DNA from: Candidatus Scalindua sp.
GTDB lineage: Bacteria > Planctomycetota > Brocadiia > Brocadiales > Scalinduaceae
Assembly (NCBI GenBank): GCA_031316235.1
Contig: JALDRA010000001.1
Span: 3,720,001-3,752,000 of the forward strand
DNA length: 32,000 bases
Direction of reading: 5' to 3'
Below the pieces are notes generated by a model. It was not told the origin of the DNA, ran no database searches, and worked only from the letters and a program-made list of their open reading frames with translations. Position numbers and translations under genes: made by a program. Positions 25,973 to 32,000 of the stretch are shown here, in pieces (position 1 is the stretch's first letter; each line of letters starts with the position of its first letter).

Positions 25973-26343
25973 TCATTTATTTTCCCGCTCTGCAATAACA
26001 CCTGGCGGGCCGACAATAGTCAATCCTTCCGGTTCAAATATTTTCCAGTCATTGATATCATAAGTATAAATCGATGTAACTCCATTGATAAGAGCCGTTG
26101 CGGCATGTCTTGCGTCATGAACTCTACGCGCAGTCAGTTTGTGTTTTTCAGATATTTCCAGCCTTCAGGAACATATCCTTCTAAAATTGGCAGTGGTTTA
26201 AGTGATGGTCTTGGTTGGATAATTATTTCATCACCATTGGGCATCTGAACTGTTAATACTTGATTTTAAGTTAAGACAGCCTGAAGGATCTCTTTTAGCT
26301 TCCTTTTTTCAATTTCTTCCAATTTTAATGTTTGTGCAGTCAT
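25973..26343 (-). pseudogene. vapBC-type TA remnant: antitoxin with in-frame TAA plus C-terminal ~55 aa of a PIN toxin
   Basis: MTAQTLKLEEIEKRKLKEILQAVLT*NQVLTVQMPNGDEIIIQPRPSLKPLPILEGYVPEGWK..., with the stop at 26268-26266. In another frame it then reads ...LTARRVHDARHAATALINGVTSIYTYDINDWKIFEPEGLTIVGPP (PIN C-terminus). The toxin N-terminus is absent. Confidence 0.6.
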
Positions 26344-26701
26344 ATTTTACATCCTCTAATTTTTTATAAAAAGCTTCTTCCATTATAAACAAAACAGAGA
26401 AGAGAAAGTAAAACATATAATGGTTTTTATGAAATGATGTTGAATCTTATGAGTCAATATTGCTTTGTTTGTATATAAATGAATAGTGGAGAGTTCTGGT
26501 AACTTTCACAATGTGGGCATTTCGTTGCTCCGTAAGATGAACAAGAGGAGCGGAAGTGGTCACGGAGGCAAAATTGAGCTATATAAAGGTGCTGTAATAA
26601 AGATTTATTAATGTTTTAAAAGTTTTGTCGAAAATACTGCATATAGTTTGTTATTACAATTAATTATAATACGTTAGAAGGGAGATTAATTAACTGTAAA
26701 T

Positions 26702-27199
26702 ATGTTAATGGACACTGAGCTTTTAAAACTTGTAGATGAATCAAGGAAACTTGAATTATATGTTTCTGATATATACATGATATTTTATAAAGCATTTCCA
26801 GAAGATTCTGTGTTCTGGTGGAAACTAGTTTTAGAAGAAAAACATCATGCAGCTTTAATCAAGAGTATTGAGAATGCAGACTTATCAAGTTATTTTTTCT
26901 CCGAGGACATTTTGGAGTCGTTAGTTCAAGTTTTGTTCAGAACAAATAATAAGTTGATTTCATTGATTAATGAGTATAACCAAAACCCACCATCAAGAGA
27001 ATCGGCATTTAATATGGCAATAGAGCTAGAAAAATCAGCTGGTGAATATCACTTTCAACTTGTGATGGAAAAATCATCTGAGACTACAGCCATGAAGATC
27101 TTCCATGAATTGAATGCCGATAACAAAAATCATTTAAAAAAAATCCAAGCTTATATGGTCAACAATGGAATTGAAGTAGATATAAGCAAAAAGAATTGA
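26702..27199 (+). CDS. Ferritin-like / rubrerythrin-like four-helix-bundle protein (165 aa), hypothetical
   Basis: FWWKLVLEEKHHAALI (ExxH) and a second helical pair with ELEKSAGEYH. The family call is weak. Confidence 0.45.
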   Translation: MLMDTELLKLVDESRKLELYVSDIYMIFYKAFPEDSVFWWKLVLEEKHHAALIKSIENADLSSYFFSEDILESLVQVLFRTNNKLISLINEYNQNPPSRESAFNMAIELEKSAGEYHFQLVMEKSSETTAMKIFHELNADNKNHLKKIQAYMVNNGIEVDISKKN

Positions 27200-27308
27200 A
27201 CATCAAATCTTGTAACGTAAACTCAGATACAAATTGTTCATAATTTTTGACAGTTATTTTGCGTCCTTTACTTTGACATCTCTATTCTAATGAAAAGGTG
27301 AGATACCA

Positions 27309-28226
27309 ATGGGTAATAAAGTCTTATTTGTAGATGACGATATCAATTTGTTGAGTTCGTACAGACGGCAATTCCAAAAGTTATTTTGTCTTGAGGTGGC
27401 AAATGGAGCGGAAGAGGGGTTGGTAGCTTTGGCAAATCGAGGACCGTTTAGTATTGTTATATCAGACTTTAAAATGCCGGGTATGGATGGGATTGAATTC
27501 TTGTCTCGTGTTAAGGGGTTATTTCCTGATTCTGTACGCATAATGCTAACAGGACATGCAGATCTACAGAGGTCAATTGATGCAGTGAATAAAGGGAATA
27601 TATTTCGGTTTCTTACTAAACCTTGTGACCTTGATGTGCTGCTCTCAGCCATAGCTGATGGAATCGAACACTATACTCAGGTATTGCTCGAAAGGAATAT
27701 CAATAAAAAGGTTTTACGTTTATCTGTAACAGATAACCTTACTGGATGTTACAACCGGGTCTATTTGGAAGAACACTTATTCAAAGATATTAATAGAGCT
27801 AAGAGGTTAGGTCAATCACTCTCAATTGCTTTGTGTGATATTGATAATTTTAAAGTAGTAAATGATACTTATGGGCATGGAACTGGCGATCTGGTTTTGA
27901 AAGCTTTCGCTCAATGTATAAGTGAATCCATTAGAAAAGATGTAGATTGGTTTGTACGATATGGTGGTGAAGAGTTTTTGATTGTGTTTCCTGGAGCAGA
28001 TATCAAGACAGCGCATTTTTTAGCAGAAAGGTTGCGTACTAACATTAGCAAAATGAATATTAAAATAGTTCAACAAGAGATTTGCATTACCGCAAGCTTT
28101 GGAATGGCCGGTTTTAATATTGAGACTCCACATAAGAAAACCTCTCCTGATTACATTATTTCTACAGCTGACGAATTACTATATAAGGCTAAGGAGCAGG
28201 GGAAAAATCAAGTCATAGTGAATTAA
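27309..28226 (+). CDS. Response regulator with receiver domain and GGDEF diguanylate cyclase domain (305 aa)
   Basis: REC motifs VLFVDDD, VISDFKMPGMDG and TKP. The GGDEF domain has an active-site RYGGEEF. RBS AAGGTGA. Confidence 0.9.
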   Translation: MGNKVLFVDDDINLLSSYRRQFQKLFCLEVANGAEEGLVALANRGPFSIVISDFKMPGMDGIEFLSRVKGLFPDSVRIMLTGHADLQRSIDAVNKGNIFRFLTKPCDLDVLLSAIADGIEHYTQVLLERNINKKVLRLSVTDNLTGCYNRVYLEEHLFKDINRAKRLGQSLSIALCDIDNFKVVNDTYGHGTGDLVLKAFAQCISESIRKDVDWFVRYGGEEFLIVFPGADIKTAHFLAERLRTNISKMNIKIVQQEICITASFGMAGFNIETPHKKTSPDYIISTADELLYKAKEQGKNQVIVN

Positions 28227-28300
28227 TTACCTCTTACCCATATATGAGAACTTTGATAAACTTACCAGAAATAAGTATAAATGTCTGTGTGCGTTATTAT

Positions 28301-28440
28301 TATACTCATCTTACAATGGTTTTTGGAATAAATCCGAGATAAAATTGAGCGAGTAAAGTCCTCGGCGTTTTTTGTCCGGAGATACCTTCACCAGGATTTG
28401 GTTTCCGGTAAAACCGAAAACCAAATCGGTTTTAGTATAC
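28301..28440 (+). repeat. Hairpin repeat family, copy b, in its ~140-bp long form (TATACT...AGTATA ends)
   Basis: The left arm TATACTCATCTTACAATGGTTTTTGGAATAAATCCGAGATAAAATTGAGCGA and right arm ACCTTCACCAGGATTTGGTTTCCGGTAAAACCGAAAACCAAATCGGTTTTAGTATA are both shared with copy c. Confidence 0.75.
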
Positions 28441-28573
28441 ATCTCTCTTACAACCTGAGCACGATAAAAGGTGGATACACCTTTTGCGGTGAGTAAGGGG
28501 AAAATATAAATTCTCTCTTTCTCACCCAAAGGTAGTCTAAGTGTGAATCAATAGTGAAATATTTAACAAAAAA

Positions 28574-28619
28574 AGCTGTGATAGGGTTCTACTCAAAGCC
28601 TGGAAGAACAGCTTTTTTT
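28574..28619 (+). terminator. Possible intrinsic terminator (A-run, AGCTGT...ACAGCT stem with partly paired long loop, T7 tail)
   Basis: AAAAAAAGCTGT(28 nt)ACAGCTTTTTTT. Inner GTTCT/AGAAC pairing extends the stem. It lies between the GGDEF gene and the transporter gene. Confidence 0.35.
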
Positions 28620-28926
28620 GTTTCATATACTTAATAGCAGTGGGGGGCCTCAGATTTTGTTCCTTCTTATACAGGAATTATGAGATTGCAAAAATATATA
28701 AAATCAGTTATTCTTCCATCAGCAAAAAGATAAGCACTGTTAAGTTGATTTTAAGGAATAAAGCACAAATAAAAACATTATTCGAAAAGGCTAATTCACT
28801 GTCTTAACAGCTGACACCATGCCGTTCGTTTTATGTTCTCACATTCATACTAGATGTAATATTTTAAACACAAAAGTCTCTCTCAGCTATTGTGCTTCGC
28901 TTAAGCAGGTAAAAAAGGAATAAACG

Positions 28927-30702
28927 ATGGGTTTCGACGCAATTGTAACATTGGTGGTAGTTACCATAATCTTTGTAGCACTGATCAAAAACCTGGCTTC
29001 ACCAGACATGCTGTTCCTGGGAGCGACCGCTTTTCTGGCGTTACTGGGAATCATTACACCATCCGAGGCGTTTGCCGGGTTTTCCAACTCCGGCATGCTG
29101 ACGGTGGCAATGCTGTTTGTAGTTGCCGCTGGTCTCAGGGAAACCGGAGTGCTGGAGTATGTGGGGCATTACATCCTTGGACGCGCAAAGACGGAGAAGT
29201 CTGTCTTTGCGCGCCTGGTTGGTATCATACTCCCCATGTCAGCTTTCCTGAATAATACGCCCATTGTGGCCATGTTCATGCCGATCGTCATAGAATGGAG
29301 TCGCCGGCATCGTATATCTCCCTCAAAGTTATTGATACCGGTCTCTTTTCTTGCGATTTTAGGTGGAACATGCACGCTCATTGGTACATCGACAAACCTT
29401 GTCGTGAATGGACTGATGATTGAGGGCGGCATACCGGAAATGGGCTTATTCGAAATTGGCAAGATAGGCCTTCCTTACGCCGTAATCGGCATTGCTTACC
29501 TGTTTTTCATTGGCAGGCACATCCTGCCAAACCGTACAGAATTGCTGGAACAGTTTGGTGTATCACGGCGGGAATACCTGGTTGAAATGCTGGTTCAAGC
29601 GGGGTGCCGGTTAGTTGGTCAAACCATTGAAGCAGCCGGGCTGCGAAACCTGCCGGGATTGTTCCTTATTGATATAGACCGGAACGGCAAGATATTAAGC
29701 CCGGTTGGGCCGGATGATCTGATTGAAGTGAATGACCGGTTGGTGTTTACGGGAGTTGTCAGCAGTATCGTTGAGCTTGAAAAAATACCCTGCCTTGTTC
29801 CGGCTGTCGATCCCGCCTATGAAGTATCTTCCAGGCAGCAACAAAGACGACGTTTGTGTGAAGCTGTTGTTTCCTCAAACTCCCCGGTTATCGGCAAGAC
29901 CATCCGGGAGGCTGATTTCCGTGAGTTTTACGGGGCGGCTGTTGTTGCCGTTCATCGTGGCGGTAGCCGTGTTGAAAAGAAGATAGGCGACATTATTTTA
30001 CGCCCGGGCGACACCCTGCTCTTACAGACAGGGTCACACTTCATGCGGGCCTATCGGAATGATCCGGCGTTTTACCTTGTGAGTAATGTGGAAGAATGGC
30101 GTCCTCTTCGCCGGGATCGGGCATGGATCGCGGGGCTGCTCTTTGTTGTCCTCATTGTACTGATGACAACCGAACTTGTTCCGACCTTGATTGCGGCTGC
30201 ACTTATCGCCGTCTTCATGGTGGCGATGGGTTGCATCTCTGCCGGAGAAGCCAGGAAGAGTGTCGAGTGGCAGGTTCTTGTTACGATTGCTGCGTCCTTT
30301 GGTGTCGGAACGGCCCTGCAAAACTCTGGAGCGGCAACTGCAATAGCAGGCACTATCGTGGATATCACCAAAGCATGGGGTCCGGTTGCTGCCCTGGCTG
30401 CAATCTATCTTCTGGGGTCAATCGCAACTGAACTGATAACGAACAATGCGGCAGCGGTTCTGCTGTTTCCCTTCTGCCTTGAAACAGCCCGTCTCTATGA
30501 TGTCAGTTCCCGCCCATTCATCATTGCTCTTATCCTGGCAGCGTCGGCCAGTTTCATGACACCTATCGGGTATCAAACGAACATGATGGTTTACGGGCCG
30601 GGTGGGTATCGTTTCTCCGATTTCCTCCGGATCGGCGGCCCTTTGAATGCAATTCTATGGATTGCCGCTGTTATACTGATACCGTTGTTTTGGCCTTTCT
30701 GA
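28927..30702 (+). CDS. SLC13/DASS-type permease with two central TrkA-C (RCK_C) domains (591 aa)
   Basis: Polytopic membrane protein. It has cytoplasmic inserts RLVGQTIEAAGLRNLPGLFLIDIDRNGKILSPVGPDDLIEVNDRLVFTG and a second similar unit (VIGKTIREADFREFYGAAVVAVHRGG...GDTLLL). Confidence 0.85.
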   Translation: MGFDAIVTLVVVTIIFVALIKNLASPDMLFLGATAFLALLGIITPSEAFAGFSNSGMLTVAMLFVVAAGLRETGVLEYVGHYILGRAKTEKSVFARLVGIILPMSAFLNNTPIVAMFMPIVIEWSRRHRISPSKLLIPVSFLAILGGTCTLIGTSTNLVVNGLMIEGGIPEMGLFEIGKIGLPYAVIGIAYLFFIGRHILPNRTELLEQFGVSRREYLVEMLVQAGCRLVGQTIEAAGLRNLPGLFLIDIDRNGKILSPVGPDDLIEVNDRLVFTGVVSSIVELEKIPCLVPAVDPAYEVSSRQQQRRRLCEAVVSSNSPVIGKTIREADFREFYGAAVVAVHRGGSRVEKKIGDIILRPGDTLLLQTGSHFMRAYRNDPAFYLVSNVEEWRPLRRDRAWIAGLLFVVLIVLMTTELVPTLIAAALIAVFMVAMGCISAGEARKSVEWQVLVTIAASFGVGTALQNSGAATAIAGTIVDITKAWGPVAALAAIYLLGSIATELITNNAAAVLLFPFCLETARLYDVSSRPFIIALILAASASFMTPIGYQTNMMVYGPGGYRFSDFLRIGGPLNAILWIAAVILIPLFWPF

Positions 30703-30793
30703 TGAAGCCTTAACTGAGACACCATATTTCTTTACACCATCCCCTTGCTTTGTTCCATGTATAATCAACCATAAATCATGAGTGTTTCACTAT

Positions 30794-30856
30794 AAATTTA
30801 TAGGGTGTGATTTATTGAAATGGGTATAACTATTTTAATAATGAACAAATTATTGT
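30794..30856 (+). repeat. Intergenic repeat R2, copy 2 (63 bp)
   Basis: Near-identical to 20137-20199, with about 5 differences. It directly precedes the truncated group II maturase remnant. Confidence 0.7.
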
Positions 30857-30883
30857 ATACTTAGGAATACTTCTGCAAAGAAA

Positions 30884-31288
30884 ATGCGTAACAAATCAGC
30901 GGGTCTAAAGAAAACCATGAGAGCGAGAATGCATTGGTCAATTGCAGATTTAGGCAAATGGCTCAAATCTGTGATCGCAGGTCATTGCAGATACTATGGG
31001 GTTCCTTGGAACGGCAAAAGCCTTACACGATTTAAATCAGAGATAATCCGTATGTGGTGTAAGTCATTACGGCGCGGAAGTCAGAAACATCGTATAACAT
31101 GGGGACTGATGAACAGGATAGCCAAGAGATGGCTACCTTGCTCTTTTTTATCTGCCATCCTTATCCATTGGAACGCATGCGCGTCAATACTTGAAGCAGG
31201 GGCCCAGTGCATTAGCAGTGCGAGCTGGGGTCTATACGGGGGGGGGTGCCGAGTAATCGGCATTCCTACCCTGATGAGTGCTGATTAA
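30884..31288 (+). pseudogene. Group II intron-encoded protein remnant (maturase/X-domain C-terminus only)
   Basis: LGKWLKSVIAGHCRYYGVPWNGKSLTRFKSEIIRMWCKSLRRGSQKHRITWGLMNRIAKRWLP is the typical maturase thumb segment. The usual ...HPYPLERMRVNT tail is present only in another frame. The reverse-transcriptase domains are missing. Confidence 0.65.
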
Positions 31289-31399
31289 AACCGGCAAGAC
31301 TATTGAGGAATAGAATTTTCCGGAGCAATGTATCATGATGCGTATCGAGGTGATGAGAGGTGTGGCATTTCAGAGAGCTTTACCATTTTAGGTTTGGAT

Positions 31400-31687
31400 A
31401 TACTCATCTCATATTGGTTTTCGGATAAAATCCGAGATAAAATTGAGCGAATATACCTTCACCCAGTAGTGTCAGGTTAGGTTTTTGCGTAGGCGGCTTT
31501 TGTCATACCCGAACGTCTTAATCGGGTATTCAGAGACTCGTTTCATCATAGATTCCCGCTAAAAACATGCGGGAATGACAGTTTTTGGGCAATAAATTAA
31601 ATACGCAAAAAACCTAACTGGACACTGTTGACCTTCACCAAGATTTTGTTTCCGGTAAAACCGAAAACAAAATCGGTTTTAGTATAT
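31400..31687 (+). repeat. Hairpin repeat family, copy c (long form) carrying a nested MITE
   Basis: It has the same left and right arms as copy b, interrupted at ACCTTCACC. Confidence 0.75.
31464..31630. mobile_element. 167-bp MITE-like insertion with ~28-bp imperfect TIRs and 9-bp target duplication
   Basis: The TSD ACCTTCACC occurs at 31455-31463 and 31631-31639. TIRs are CAGTAGTGTCAGGTTAGGTTTTTGCGTA and the reverse complement of TACGCAAAAAACCTAACTGGACACTGTTG. The uninterrupted site is visible in copy b (28384-28392). Confidence 0.75.
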
Positions 31688-31765
31688 ATATCCCGACGGC
31701 CACAGCCCGCCTGAGCGAAAAGTCAGACAGGTCATTCAGCAGGTTCAGAGTTTTTCTGAATTAAT

Positions 31766-32000
31766 CTATATCCTGACTCCCACCTTCTTAAACTCTTTTT
31801 CACTGTATAGGATTACGTAGTCATTCAGACCTGTTTCCTGTTTTATTCGTGCGATAACGTCCTCACACTCTTCATCTGTGTATCCATGGATCATGGTGAA
31901 AACATTGTACTCCCAATCAGGAAATGTAGGTCTTTCGTAACAGTGTGTTACCTCCTCAAAAGCAGCCATAATCTTTCCGCATTCATCCACCCTGTTGCAT
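31766..32000 (-). CDS. AsnC/Lrp-fold protein of the siroheme decarboxylase (NirD/NirG/AhbA/B-like) type, C-terminal part; 5' end beyond the window
   Basis: ...AAFEEVTHCYERPTFPDWEYNVFTMIHGYTDEECEDVIARIKQETGLNDYVILYSEKEFKKVGVRI matches the C-terminal domain pattern of that family. The frame is open to the window end. Confidence 0.55.
   Translation of the reverse strand, partial: CNRVDECGKIMAAFEEVTHCYERPTFPDWEYNVFTMIHGYTDEECEDVIARIKQETGLNDYVILYSEKEFKKVGVRI

Noticed and set aside
27287-27652. 121-aa minus-strand ORF overlapping the start of the REC-GGDEF gene
   Set aside because: It is antisense to a well-supported receiver domain, and I recognise no motifs in it.
28311-28529. 72-aa minus-strand ORF
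   Set aside because: It is made almost entirely of the hairpin/long-form repeat element (28301-28440), which recurs non-coding elsewhere.
29169-30431. Alternative-frame and antisense ORFs within the transporter gene
   Set aside because: They are a by-product of the locally higher GC. The 591-aa frame has coherent transmembrane and TrkA-C architecture.
31238-31400. Assignment of the GNRA-capped hairpin or downstream sequence to group II intron domain V
   Set aside because: I could not fit the conserved AGC triad, the 2-nt bulge geometry or the 34-nt length by eye. The question is left open as a check in the findings.
25871-31687. Possible CRISPR array formed by the three hairpin repeats
   Set aside because: The copies are 2.5-3.2 kb apart with genes between them, there is no regular spacer periodicity, and there are no cas genes. 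It is a dispersed repeat, not an array.

Overview
By eye this is a roughly 40% GC bacterial accessory or defence-island-like region, with most genes on the minus strand.

1. **Type I R-M operon (1-8519).** The order is hsdM-hsdS-hsdR, followed by a YgjP/DUF45 peptidase gene. hsdS is split by a complete IS630-family element with a TA duplication, terminal inverted repeats, and a transposase in two frames joined at an A8 run.
2. **Giant helicase-nuclease (8833-14427).** This 1864-aa protein fuses a Upf1-like SF1 helicase, a Vsr/DUF559-type nuclease, a GreA-C-like domain and a DUF3320-like tail. I consider it the best candidate for an uncharacterised single-gene defence function.
3. **Secreted-protein genes (15652-22550).** There are three signal-peptide genes:
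   - a mosaic of collagen-like (GXY) repeats, YadA-head-like repeats and tail-fibre-like repeats;
   - a C-type lectin protein;
   - a 7-repeat propeller-like protein with choice-of-anchor-D-like and PPC domains, broken by one in-frame TAA.

   These three genes and the giant helicase gene each carry a copy of the same 23-bp TTGAC-containing upstream motif.
4. **Mobilome debris (22845-26343).**
   - a small PD-(D/E)xK-like gene and an HTH gene;
   - an intact mazEF-like cassette bracketed by two identical 46-bp tRNA-3'-half-like direct repeats;
   - a decayed hicAB;
   - a vapBC remnant.
5. **Right end (26702-32000).**
   - a ferritin-like gene;
   - a REC-GGDEF response regulator;
   - a visibly GC-richer SLC13/TrkA-C transporter;
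   - a group II intron maturase remnant;
   - a partial AsnC/NirD-like gene.

Several short repeat families are interspersed:
- a 33-nt hairpin family showing a compensatory base-pair change;
- a 167-bp MITE with a 9-bp duplication nested in one copy of that family;
- a GTAG-headed REP doublet;
- mosaic intergenic modules.

I found no CRISPR array, rRNA gene or intact tRNA. All family names are motif-level recognition from reading the sequence, not database searches.
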